The notes under the pieces are model-generated. The model searched no databases. It was not told where the DNA came from and saw only the letters and a list, made by a program, of their open reading frames with translations. The position numbers and the translations under genes were made by a program. A DNA stretch of 63,694 nt, counting the filler, from Catajapyx aquilonaris (lineage: Eukaryota), in the NCBI GenBank assembly GCA_000934665.2. It is 3 parts of 3 records of this genome, joined end to end, with 100 filler letters (N's around TTAATTAATTAA, not from the genome) between each part and the next. Parts side by side here need not be neighbours in the genome. Positions count along the whole stretch, not along the records: positions 21,254 to 42,402 come from JYFJ02006126.1; positions 42,503 to 63,694 come from JYFJ02006127.1; 1 more part is not named here. One strand, given 5' to 3'. Numbering within the stretch: the first letter of the stretch is position 1; the number at the start of each line of letters is the position of its first letter. Positions 38,118 to 50,235 of the stretch are shown here, one piece after another.

Positions 38118-40273
38118 GGTGGTGTACTGCATGGTTCCTCCAAGCTTCGTCATCAAGAAATATTCTGATCCTTGAACCGAAACTACCATCAGAAGGCCTA
38201 TTCTATACCCAGTTCATCTCACATGGTCTGGTGCCGCTGGATGAGATTCCTCAGATTTCCTCATCCCTGACACCATATGTCGAAGGAATTCAGATCGTAA
38301 AAGTAAAAACGACTCAAGGCGAAAATAGCCAGAAGACATGTATGTCACGCACCTGCACCACAAACCGTCAATGCAATTTGAGACCTGGAATTCTGGCCAC
38401 GTGCGGTAATACAGAAGACAAATGAAGAAAGTTAAGTGCCAGTTTCATGGAAATAAAATCAGTGAGCAGCTCTAGTCAAAGTCCCAGGATTGATCTCAGT
38501 GACGTAAAATCTCAAAATCTGCTCAGTCACCAGAATATGAGATTAAGTTAAGCCAAGAGGCGTCTGGTTCAGAACATGTTCACAATATATTTTCTTAAAT
38601 ATGATATATTATTTACCCTTTTAATACCCTTTTAGGTTTTCGGGGATGTATTTATTAAATATTATGGCACCATGTGATGATTAAAATGGCTGGAAATAAG
38701 TTCGAAACGTTTACCGGCAATTTCAGAGTTGGTAATTTTGACTCCAGAAGACCCGGGATGGTGGGTATAGAATTTTGTTCCCCGTCAATGACGTGTTAAC
38801 AAATTCAATACTCATCTTTGTCTGGCTGTCTTGTCCGCAGAATAATTGTTGTGGGCAAGGGCAGAATTGGATTACGAATTAACTTCGGCGACCTAATCTT
38901 ATTCTTAAATGAGACGGCTCAGTTATGAATAATAATCAGGCAAGCGATAGACCTAGAAATACTGCAAAGCCCCCTCAGACACATTTGGAAAATGTGTGCC
39001 AATTACTTGCAAGGAGCTGTCCATAAATTATGAAACATTCTTAGGGGATGAGGAAGAAAGGAGAGAGGGGGGGGATTACCAGAAGTCTCCAACAGCAGCG
39101 TTTCGCAATTTATGAACAGGCCCCCCCTCTCTCTGACCAGTTCTCACAAATCAAATATCTCATCTCTTACTATGCTCAAGTAACATCATTTCCACGCACG
39201 CCCTTTATGCTGGATACCGAAGTGGAAAAATATTCGTCTGCAACAATATTGTGGTACAAAAATGTAACACTACAGTCGGTCGTTAGAAAGTTCTGAAAGT
39301 TTTAAAACTCTAATTCAAACACAACTAATGCAGTATTATGAGTGTCTGTTGACAGAGATTTCGGTCCCGTGATGTGCAATAAAGCCACATTATTGTAAAA
39401 TTCGCACTGGGGATTTTATGAATGTAATGCAAGTCGTGTCATCATACATTCCATGGAAGCGTTCCATTACATTCAAGTTATGTGGACCACACGTGGTCTT
39501 GTTTTTGCAGATTATCGGAGGAGAAAAAATATGTAAAAATGATGGTGTGTACATATTTCCCGTTGTGGTCCGGTCAGTTATTTTTAAACATGAATTACCT
39601 TCGCAACTGGAGCGGCCGTCATGTATACCTGCCAAGTTGTCAAAGGAATCCAATTCCACGCATGCCAGCATCACTGGTAGACAGCAATACGTTCTCTATA
39701 AATAAATCTAGTGCGAGCACAAGAGTATATACCTTCTCACCCTTCAAAAGCGATTCCGACATCCGTTTCCATGCCTGTACACCTTCTTATTTGACGTATA
39801 ATCACTAGCGAAATTTTTTCCAATATATTTGGAATTACCTCGGAGGTATTTCCAGGACAACATTTCCGACTCCAAAAAGAAACTACTGAAGTTCTGTCCT
39901 GGAAACAAACTTAAAAGAGCAGTCCGTCCCCAAAAACGGACTAGAACGCTTAAAAACGCGTTTCTGATCCTATACAACACACAGCACAGAGTGATTGTCG
40001 AGTTGGGAGTAGTAAGACTAGTAGGGAGAAAGTAGCGTCAAGTTTTTAGCCCCCATTAAAAAAGAACAACCAAGTGTCACACAAACTGGAACATTTCTCT
40101 CTTCCTATTTTCCACGCACCTCTTTTGTTTGTAGGTCACTGACGTTATCACTTTTTTTTAACAATTTCCGCCTCATTCCAAAAGAAAAATCTTCGTCGCT
40201 TCCATTGATATGCGACCTTTTGACCCAGGTCCCGACTGGGGTCGTGCGAGGAAGGTTGAAAGGATATGCCCCA

Positions 40274-40408
40274 CTACTCCTGAGTACCAACTTCCAGCAT
40301 CTCTCCGTTGCTAAGGGTCACCGGCGAGGTTAAGGAGGCGTTGCTGGCCACCAGCGTGGAGCCGTCGTCAGCTGTCGTCAACATCGACAATTCGTCCGTT
40401 TGATCTTG
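40274..40408 (-). CDS. Terminal coding exon of unidentified gene
   Basis: Acceptor TTCTCTCTTGCAG, then QDQTDELSMLTTADDGSTLVASNASLTSPVTLSNGEMLEVGTQE*, in phase with the 41240-41500 exon. GC-rich relative to flanks. Confidence 0.65.
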   Translation of the reverse strand, partial: QDQTDELSMLTTADDGSTLVASNASLTSPVTLSNGEMLEVGTQE

Positions 40409-41239
40409 CTGCAAGAGAGAAGGAGTCCATTTCACTCAATCGATCTTCATTATGCAAGGCTGGTCATTAAGTTACGCTCCGTGCTCTTCTAATTACCATA
40501 CCAATTTGTTTTAAGTGATTTCACTTATAGGAGGTGTTGGCGTGAACGCGTGGAGGAGTTTCCGAGTTACAGGGTGATCTAACAGTTGATTACAGGGCTA
40601 TTACAGGGAATTTTATAATGATTCAGACAAACTTCTAAGCTTCTGAACTCCTTGGGCACCAGAGGATTTATGTGGTGATGTCATTTTCATTTCCGCATCC
40701 TCCTTACTGGGAATTCAAGAGCGAATTATACCATCCACAGATCAAGAAATACGGGAAAATTTTATCGCAATGTCAACTCAAATTGCATGCCAACTCCTTG
40801 TGAGATCTGGGTGCCTAGGTCATCTCTCCAGACCACGAGGGGTCACTCAGGGTCGTGATCCAATTATACATTATGTATTAGAACCAGCCTCTAGCGAGGC
40901 TGCTTCACGACTCCTTACAACTCTCTCCTATCAGTCGAATGCCACTAGCGCATCCACACCATCTCTTGGTCCTTACTGCCAACTCGCAACTAACCCCATC
41001 TTGTGGCTGCTGAGTGTCACAACCTATACATTTTAAATAGGAACGTACACTTGCCTGGATATTTCATACCGCGATCTGTTCACCTCATCAACTTCATCTA
41101 GTTTTCATACCTGCAACGATGATGCATAAGATCTAATGCCAGTTCACTTTATAAGTTCGGCTGAATCATTTTGAAACACCCTGTGCTTCGTCACTGGTAG
41201 TGCGTTTGAAAATATCGTCGGATTAAGCTGTCCACTTAC

Positions 41240-41500
41240 CTCGTCTCTGAGGCCGTTGTGCGTGGCGAGCAGAGGCTGGTGGATGCAGGCCTCAATTTTG
41301 TCGCCATTGTCTTTTTTGTCGGTCTCGTCTTTCTTTTCCACGTCGATGGAGGTCGAAGACTCGGCGGAATCGCTTCCGGACAAGGAAAGGCCCAATCCGA
41401 GACCCAGTCGATCGGACATGGAGTCTCCCTTCAGGCTGCTACCGCTCTCCAGTTCCATCTCTCCTTCCATCTCGTCCACCATTTTGACTTCTTTCTCATC
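41240..41500 (-). CDS. Internal coding exon (acidic/Ser-rich) of unidentified gene
   Basis: Acceptor TTCTCAG, donor GAG|GTAAGT, 261 nt phase 0-0, translating DEKEVKMVDE...THNGLRDE. Confidence 0.72.
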
Positions 41501-42402
41501 CTGAGAATGAAATGCCATATCAGAACCAGACTTTTCCAGATGTCATGGCGATACAAGCACACAATCTACCATCCACAGGGGGGCTACTAGGACCGACCGT
41601 TTATCCTGAAATATGCACCTCCCAGCACACAGTATCGATACTTTGGTTGCCCTGAATAGTCAGGATGAAGCATAAATATTGTTCCCAGTTTTTCTGGAAT
41701 CACTCCCAAAATAACACCTGTTTCTCGTGATTCTGGTACACACCCTTTACAATTTCGGATAATACTCTTCCGATTTTGACATTGAATGAAAAGAATAACT
41801 AGGTGTAAAAAGTTGATATATTTGACCCACCTTTCTCTCTTTTTTTCCCACTGCCTATGAGTTTAATAACGTTTCAACCATCGTGACAAAAGTTTTTTCA
41901 TCATGTGACGTCTACATTTGCTCCGTGAGAATTGAACTGTCGTACTTCGCTCCATTGTATTTCATACAATGACGTGTCTCACGAGGCGCGTAGAACACCG
42001 TGGAGCAGATGTTGAATTATTACTGCGCCTCTTGCTGACACGCCACACTTAAAGAGTGACAGCAAAGTTTTTTTTAAAACTCACATCCTTGGATTGTTCT
42101 AAATCACTCTTCCAGTCTCCATCCGAAATGAGAGAGATCTGAAGAATTTTAATTAACAAGAAAATATGCTTAAGTGACATGGACACATTTCACGATTTTA
42201 TTACAGTTTGTTCAGGAACGACAGTCCTGACAGTCTTTTCGTAATATTAATATATAAGGTATATTATATTATATATAATATTTAATAATAATCAATAGAG
42301 GTGTGATTTGAAAAACTACCCAGCACAGGAGGCGTATACTCATCCAGGTCACTCGCAATCGACAAAGTCGATTGACGTCAAAATGACGTCGCCAATTCTC
42401 CT

Positions 42403-42502
42403 NNNNNNNNNNNNNNNNNNNNNNNNNNNNNNNNNNNNNNNNNNNNTTAATTAATTAANNNNNNNNNNNNNNNNNNNNNNNNNNNNNNNNNNNNNNNNNN
42501 NN
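42403..42502. other. Assembly gap with artificial linker
   Basis: N44-TTAATTAATTAA-N44. Confidence 0.97.
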
Positions 42503-42592
42503 TTTATTAGTTCATATGTTGGGTTAGCTTGCGTCTCCCTTCATCGCTGACTACCCCTCATAGGGAAATGTCGTGATGTTGTTGTTGTTGTT

Positions 42593-42663
<71 letters not shown>

Positions 42664-42732
42664 CAGCACACTTATCTTGAGGGGCTAACAACAAGAGTGG
42701 TTCAAGTGACAAAAAAAACGAGAAAAGTTATA

Positions 42733-43074
42733 ATAATAATAATTCGGGTAGTGCCTGACCCTCTTGGGGTATGCGGCACGGACCTTTATTGTATCTTTAT
42801 TGTACATACACTGGAACCTGATTTTTGAAGCGCCCGGGCCCACGGGCAGGCTGACAGGAGGGGATGTGCAAGGTGCAGTGCAATGTCTTAATGTGGCCAT
42901 TTTTAGTGAACTCCCCCGGGTGGTTTAGTCTGCGGAAATACCACCCGAGACGAAGCCAGAGGTGACCCTGAACTCTGCACAAGATGAAGGGGGTGTCCCC
43001 GGGTTGGGATCGAGCCCGGGACTTTAACATCCGTGGGCGCATACGTTACCGCAGCACCACTCCGCCTCCCCTCA
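42733..43074 (-). mobile_element. tRNA-derived SINE, head A + tail T2
   Basis: TSD AGAAAAGTTATA. The paralogous empty site is at 51417-51428. Confidence 0.93.
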
Positions 43075-43097
43075 AGAAAAGTTATATAATATACCAT

Positions 43098-43797
43098 GAT
43101 TGGCATCGTCCCAATGCCATCGATTCCAAGAGAGCTGAAGCAGCCCAAAATTTCAACCGCATTATTACAGAGACAGTGGTGCGACGTCTTCTGGTCAGGC
43201 TAATCGAAGTGTATGATGTTCGGAACTGATGGAATAGCCTATACGTTCATCGTCCCAACTGTGACCAGTTCTATCTCAAGCACTAGATGCTGACCGACAG
43301 ACAAGGCGGAGGATTCATGATATAGTCTGGGGCTGCTTCAGCTCTCTTGGAATCGATCTCCTGCACCGAATTGTAGGTATCTTGACCAAGTAGGTGTGCA
43401 TGGATATCCTCCAAGAAGTCATGTGGCCATATGCAAGGAGTGCTTTTGGCCAATCTGTACTGTACCAACATGACAAACAGACAAAGACTGAAAGACCCAA
43501 AGCACTCCTCCGCGCTCGTCCGCCCTTGGATGCATCGGATGCACCAGAGGAGGGTGGCCATAATGGACTGGCCAAGCTGAGCTCCGGGCCCCAATCCGAT
43601 CGAGCACTTATGGGAGGATCTGGGATGTCATCTGAAGAACAAAAGAGCATCCAGGACCACCAATAAGTACAAGCATCTGGTGGTAGAGTGGAAGAAGGTC
43701 CCAAAATCCGTGTTGAAGAAGTTGGTCGCCTCAATGCCCCGCAGATGTACGTAAAACTGTCATCGACGCCAATGGTTACCAAACCAAGTACAATGTG
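43098..43797 (+). pseudogene. Tc1-family transposase C-terminal remnant (copy 1)
   Basis: Frameshifted DWP..S...NPIEHLWED and RRC..VIDANGYQTKY motifs. Confidence 0.75.
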
Positions 43798-44676
43798 TGT
43801 GATTAGTTTGTCAAGTTTTGTGGCATTTGGTTGAGTTTTCATAATGTTATAGCTATGGTTGTTTGAAGATTGTGTTTAATTTTAAAGTACATGAAAAAAT
43901 AAACAAAAAAACATTGCCTTATTTTTCTTCTACAACTCAGAAATTCTTCAAATCTTACACACTCTCTTTAAATACCATTGTGCATAGACTAACATCTTCT
44001 TTCAGCTCCATCGAATCACCCTGAAAAAAGCTACGCCAAAAATAACAAAAAGTCAAAAAAATTATGTCCACTATTGTAGCCCTATGTATTTCGTAAAAAG
44101 TATGGGACTTTTTAAAGACTGATAGGCCTACATGTCTCAATCAGGGAGCATATACTACATAATATGCTCCCTGTCTCAATAATGTACTGTTACCCCAGGT
44201 TTCGGGAGCTGGGTAACGGGTTCGTTTGTACTCAAATTACGGACAGACCTTTTAGTAGTTTAATTGCAAAACGAATGTATATTTACAAAAATGAAGTTAC
44301 AGTTGCCAATACTAACGTCAACGACGTTATCTCAGCTTTCTGGGGCCGGGCTTAGAGCCTGTCTTACGGGTATTTACGAAAGACTACTGTACTGCACATG
44401 TGGCCAATGTGAGTCACCTAGCCGTACTGAGGGACTGCCTTTGATTTGAGCATCGTGGATTTAATAATGTAATACCAGGCAATAGCCAATTTGGCCCTAC
44501 AGCCCCTCCTTTCCCCATTTATTCATAAAATAATAACACTATACAAATAACTGCAAAATATATACGTAACAATTTCAACCCTGACGTCATCATCCACGGT
44601 AACTGCACGTGCGGCCTATCGCAATAGGGGCTTGCCGGGTCTTGCTGTGTCTCATGCATAGTAGGCTACATAATAT

Positions 44677-45516
44677 TATCAGATTGTTGTTAATTTACCA
44701 ACAAAAAGGGGGTACGTAACTCAACAGCTTTGAATTGTACCAGAAATCCAGTCGAGATCAGTCAATCGAAGCAGGTAATACAAATCAGTGCACTAACATC
44801 AGTTCCAACGCCTCCAAGAGTTGTTTATTCAGTAACAGGGACACCGAACAGGTTCTCATACTTCAGTTAGAGAAAAGACGAACAAGTTGGATAGCTAGTT
44901 CAACAGGATGGAACAAGGCACTAATACTCACCCCCAAACTGGGTTGTGCATCTCACCCTCAGTACTGATAATTGGCAGGCAGGCAGCTGGTTCCCTTTAT
45001 CAGCGTGGTGCAAAACGTGACGATAGTTGTAACCAGATAGACCTCGAGTCTATCTCACATTAGCCTTTTATACCAGCCTTTTGACGTCTTTCGGAAAAGT
45101 CATTGCACCATAGGTTACCTTGATTAGGTGAAATTAGCGTGAATTCTATTGCCCAACATGAGTCGAAATCCAGATGTGGCCAGGCAGGCTTGCGTCTCTG
45201 CCTCCGTATGACGTATTTGTATTGAGGTGAACCGGATCCTCGGTCACCTGAAAGCTCGACATAAATTGCCGCAATTCCCCCTTAAGGTGAATTGGTAGCT
45301 GAGATCACACATAGTCAGGGAAAGTGGCCGTACTATCGTGCAACACTTCCTTTGCCTGATCAAGTGGTTAATCCAAGTACCTTTGGGAGTCATCTCTGAC
45401 ACGTATGGCAGTTCCCACGTATGGTGTATGATCTCATGGCTATCCGTCATTTATTTAGGCAATTATCCACGCAGCTCCCGGTTTATGAGACCTTATTTAG
45501 GGTCATTTATCTGACA
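44677..45516 (-). mobile_element. Solo LTR (840 bp)
   Basis: Inverted termini TATCAGAT...ATCTGACA and 4-bp TSD ATAT. Absent from the paralogous site (~52934). Minus-strand TATAAAAG (~45065-45072) is followed by AATAAA (~44824). Confidence 0.7.
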
Positions 45517-45540
45517 ATATAATATTATGTATGCTATACA

Positions 45541-45647
45541 TGTGCGGCCTATCGCAATAGGGGCTTGCAACATCTGCTTGCAACAGTGTATAATACATAT
45601 ACTGTTGAAAGCAGATGTTGCAAGCCCCTGTTGCGATAGGCCGCACA
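45541..45647. repeat. Hairpin upstream of IR gene 1 (paralogue at ~52957-53055)
   Basis: TGTGCGGCCTATCGCAATAGGGGCTTGCAACATCTGCTT pairs with AAGCAGATGTTGCAAGCCCCTGTTGCGATAGGCCGCACA. Confidence 0.8.
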
Positions 45648-46101
45648 CATCAAAACCCGGAAAAAATGGCACAAGGTGCGCAAGGTTACAAATATTGATG
45701 TTTGCTTTGATTTGTATAGGTTGCATTACGTACGTATATACGCTAAACCTCTCGGTAATCATACGTCATTAATCATTGCGATATTTAACAGAGCGAAAAA
45801 TTCTGAAAAATCAATCAAAAATATACTATGTGGCTGCTATAGCAATCACATTACAAAGAATTCAAACTGTGCCGAATCGCACATTACAAAGGGAGAGGGA
45901 GAGGCGCGCCATGCTCCGAGTGACGCCATGCGGAGGTGGGGCTTGTTTACGTCTTGCGCAATGGCTGACATGGTAGACGTAATCTTGACTCAATTATTGG
46001 AGGAACAGTTTGGGTACTTTCGGGATATGAATTTGGTATAGACTATAATATTGCATAATGACATATCGAAAGGCCTACGACGCGACGTGTACTTCATCAA
46101 A

Positions 46102-47327
46102 ATGTTGCCTGGAGCTGTCTTTGACACACGTCGCGACATGATGCTGGCCATTCTTCAACTGCTGTTGGGCATACCACTGTTGACAACTGGATTGCCGATT
46201 GTCACTAATCGGGCCAATGACGAGGCGACTGGACTGGTGTCATCCCTGGTGAAGCAAATCCATGGCGAGAAGGACTGCCTCCTTGTGCTGGGCCACGACT
46301 ACGAGAAGCTGCCCTGGGAGATGAGGTCACTGTTGCAGCAAGTGTCCGACCAGGGAGGGGCCTCCGCGTCCATCCGGTGGACACGGGACACTCCTGCCCC
46401 GAAACCCAACACTGGAGGACAGGAAGGAGGCTTCGAGTACTGGTTCTCCTGGCTGGAGAGACCAACGTCCAGGTTCATCAGCACCTGCTCTCTCTTCCTC
46501 TTCGCCTACCACCAACCCAATCTGATGCCCCTGGTCAAATACGTCGCCAGCTTGGTCCGGATGAACCCCAGGTATGACCGGTTCGTCTTCTTCAGCCCTG
46601 ATTCAGACGTTGACGATGCACTGACCAACACTGACTTGGACTTTCGCTTCAAGATGGGGCTCGCCTACGACCCAGCCTCGCAATACCTGGCCATCAAAAA
46701 CCTGTGCCAGTTTTGCGACAAGGGGAAAGCCAAAGTCATGGCACGAGGGAGGTACCCTGGTCATGGGGTGCCGGAGGAGTTTTTCCCTGACTACACCAAA
46801 GATCTGCATGGTATACATCTGAACATTTCGTTGCCAATGATCGAGGCAACCAGGGAAGACATCAGGTTCATGGTTCAGAAAGGCCAAGCAGTTATTCCAT
46901 TCATGAGTATGTTTTTGGCAATCAGCGACGTCCTCAACTACGACTGGCACTTTGAAAATTACCCTGAACCAGAAGGCACGCCCATGATTCAACCGGACGG
47001 CAACTACACCGGCTTGGTCGGACCTTTGCAGAGGAAGGAGATAATGATTGGTTGTTTGTACTGCTCAAGCGAGATAGTAAATGTGCTGGACTTTGCGACC
47101 TGCTTTTACATGGCCGTCAACACTTACGCCATCCGAACCCCGAGACACCAGTTCTCCTGGACAGCCGTCTTCAAGCCGTACACCACGGGGATGTGGGCCG
47201 CCCTCTTCGTCACGGGCCTTGTGGTCAGCCTGGGTTTCTATCTGTTGCTGAAGGGATCCCGAGCCATTGGAAATCCTTTTCCTGATGGCCAACGACACCC
47301 TACGCATCTCAGCCTGTATTCATTGAG
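46102..47327 (+). CDS. Divergent ionotropic receptor (IR) gene 1, exon 1
   Basis: Signal-peptide-like N-terminus, FFPDYTKDLHG, DGNYTGLVGPLQRKE (S1), FKPYT..MW (M1). Phase-2 donor AG|GTAC. The start could instead be 46138. Confidence 0.9.
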
Positions 47328-47380
47328 GTACTTGATTTCCTTCCATTTCTTTATTTGCCTTTATCTTTATCAGTATTATT

Positions 47381-47458
47381 ACTAGCAGGTTACCCGGCAC
47401 CACAACACATACCCGGGCAACGCCGCGGCGTTGCCCGGGTATATGTTGTGGTGCCAGT
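47381..47458 (-). repeat. Helitron-3'-end-like terminus expanded into a 60-bp palindrome
   Basis: ACTAG followed by CCCGGC and GGCGTTGCCCGGG hairpin motifs. 47396-47455 is palindromic. Confidence 0.5.
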
Positions 47459-47468
47459 AAAGGTAGAG

Positions 47469-47574
47469 GTACTATATCGCTCAAAAAGATAGAGACGATT
47501 GGCATTTGATTCAAGTGCAAGTTGCACTTGAGTCAAATGCAAAATCGTCTCTATCTTTTTGGGCGATATAGTAC
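47469..47574. mobile_element. TACTATATCGCTC palindromic MITE
   Basis: Copy of 7827-7932. Confidence 0.85.
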
Positions 47575-48489
47575 ATGAATATATATTAGGAAGTTTGTTC
47601 GTTTGTAAAATTTGCGTTTCATACACTCGAAAGTCGATATGCCTTAAAACAGGCATTATAAATTTACAATAAGCCAAAGTTTGTCACTATCTGCAACAGA
47701 TTACCTACTTCGGTTATAGAGTATAGTCGACGCAGATATATGCTGATTGGATGTGTAACAAGAGGAATGCGGATAGAGTTGGCCCAGGAAAAGACTGCAC
47801 AGCCATGTGTTTTTCCCCTGACATTTTGACCCCTTCATCTCGCACCCACACCTTGAGCCATAATTATGTTTGCCCTGAAGAAGTTTAGAAATGTATACGT
47901 ACAGCTGCCTTGTGAGAAATTTTGTTTCCAACACTGGTAATTTTTGTAAATATTTTTGTACCTATTTGTGTCTGGAAGTCTACTTTCAAATCCCACAATA
48001 TCCAGGAATGACCATACGATATGAACTCACGTGAGGTGGCCAATTAGTGTTATATGGAGGATGCGTTGATTTACGGCGATGAGGCGTGTAAAAAAGAGAG
48101 GCGTAAGATATATAGATGCAATTCTGGGTGGCAGGAAATCGATTTGGCAAATGGGAGACCCCTGATTTAATTTGGTGGGTATACCTAGCTTCATGAAAGT
48201 GCTGCTGACATTCTCCCCCACTTTCTCAATGAGCACGAGAATGGCGAAGCAGAAAATCCCATGCCCCCAAAAATCATGGCTGTTGCCACACCGCTCCCTC
48301 GCTGATTCTAATATTCGAACTACTTGGTTGTCCGCGAAACAGAGAACCGTAGATATACACAGGAACAATCACGTTCACAACATTGCATTCAGACGCAACT
48401 ATGGTAAACACTCTTCTGATGATGGCCACTTTCTGGTTTCTGCCCCAAAAACATAATCTGACCTTCTTTCTTCTCTAGTGTCTCGCTTC

Positions 48490-49060
48490 TCACCAGACGG
48501 AAGTGTCGCCTTTACGGCGGACGACGAACCCATCATGAGTTTCCTCATGTCGCCTCCGCAATGAAGCAGCTTCACTCTGCTTCAAAACCAGCGGGGTAAT
48601 AGGCTCACAAGCCGTCCCCAATGCTTGGCTTACTGTTGCATAGGTATCTACCTCTGTATTGGTTAATTGTTTATACCATTGAAACGCGTTTCCTTCCAAA
48701 AATAGAGGGAGCCTAGCCAACTTCTTTCCATCGTCCCACTCCATTGCAGTGGAATACAGATCAAACAGATCCTTCCAGTCATGGTAGCATTGGTAGGACC
48801 CAATACCAGCATACTTAGGTATCGGAGGGACACCCCCTGATGCCATGCTTTACTCTCAGATGCCAAACAAAATACCTCCAAAACCGGAGCGGTTTGCTCC
48901 ACACAATTAGAGCGGTCTGCTCAAGGAAAAACACGAAGCGAGTGCTCCACAGGCGGACTGGAGGGGGGTGCCACACGTCTCACCTACATAGGAAGACGCG
49001 CACCGGACCCTCTCGTGTAGACTTTGTTACCCGTACCTTCCAACACGCCACTATACTACA
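48490..49060 (-). mobile_element. Ty3/Gypsy-like remnant (gag N-terminus, candidate PBS) in IR1 intron
   Basis: ORF 48490-48846 with W..LFDLYSTAMEWDDGKKLARLPLFLEGNAFQWY, a gag-like pattern. TGGCG PBS-like site at ~49035-49050. Confidence 0.7.
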
Positions 49061-49469
49061 CAGTATAATATATACTCAAATCACACTCGTAAGCATACGT
49101 GGGAATGAGCAAGGGTATGGCTGTGTGTACGTAGGAATAGGTATCCATAGGATGAGCACACATGAGCAGGTGCACCCCTAAGGTTAGGTAACCGCAGGGC
49201 AGGAACTCGTAGGTGAGGAACTCGTAGGTATTGATTACCAGATTTACCAGATATTGCATACTAGAATGGTATTCGCAAACCAAAGTAGTAGCAACCAGAG
49301 AACTCGCAATTATCTCGGTCATGCGGCGGCACAGGCCTATGATTCCGATACTGTAAATGATCATCTGCTGACTATTACGCCATTGGCATATGGCTTATGG
49401 TAGAGTTTTGATACACCCTGTATAGATTATTACGATTATTTATTGGTGTTGTTGTATGTCCTACATCAG

Positions 49470-50235
49470 GTTCGCCTTTTCTGCTCTGATCGAAGAGAAT
49501 CCCAACCTCATCCCGACGGCCACTCCTGTTCGCGTGCTGATATGTGTCTGGGCCCTGGTGTGTGACATCCTGGTTTGCGGATACGAGGCCAAGTTTTTTA
49601 CCTTTCTGGTGTCCCCAGAAGAGGAGAAGCTGCCAATGAGCATGCAGGAGCTGGCTAAGACTCCGGGATGGGAATGGGGGGTCATGGATATCACAAATGA
49701 GTTTCTCACCTGGACGCTCTCTCTGTCAGAAGTCGGCTACCACAGCGACATAAATGCGGGGATGCAGAAGGGCGCTGGGATGATCGAGTGTGTCCAGAGG
49801 GCGATGCAAGAGAACTTTGCCTGCTTCTCTGTTGATGTCCTACTGAGTGCCATGAGTGTTCAGGAAATGGATCTGGACGGAATAATACCTGTCCAAATCA
49901 TACATGACATGTCCCTGACATGCTTTGGTGGTTTCGCCACCGTCAAGTATTCAGTCCTGGAGCACTCCTTTAAAAGATTAGAGTACAATTTTGATAAGGC
50001 TGGGTTGTACCAACATTACTTCCCTCTTTTTGAGTATTACTTGCAGTTGCTCTCCCTGAGATCGGCCCGAAAGAAAAACCTGTCTTACAAGACCTCGATG
50101 GCTCTGAATATAAGTCAGTTCGAGACTCCTTTGGTGGCACATTGTGCCATCATGGCCTTTTCTCTCGTAGTTTTCATTTACGAGTTGTTGAAATTCAGAT
50201 ACGGCAAGGAAGCAGTAAATACCTCATCAGAATGA
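49470..50235 (+). CDS. Divergent IR gene 1, exon 2
   Basis: Acceptor CATCAG in phase. RVLICVW..ILVCGYEAKFFTFLVSP (M3-type), S2 lobe, LNISQF and the final TM helix. Spliced product ~663 aa. Confidence 0.9.

Noticed and set aside
45676..46041. Conserved upstream ORF before both IR genes (also 53187-53450)
   Set aside because: No ATG at the listed start and the 5' parts differ in frame. The conservation is explained by the duplication.
46051..47385. IR ORFs as four separate single-exon genes with the ORF-track ends
   Set aside because: In-phase splice sites join them into two complete two-exon receptors. The exon-1 ORFs are listed from TTG and the ORF ends run into introns.
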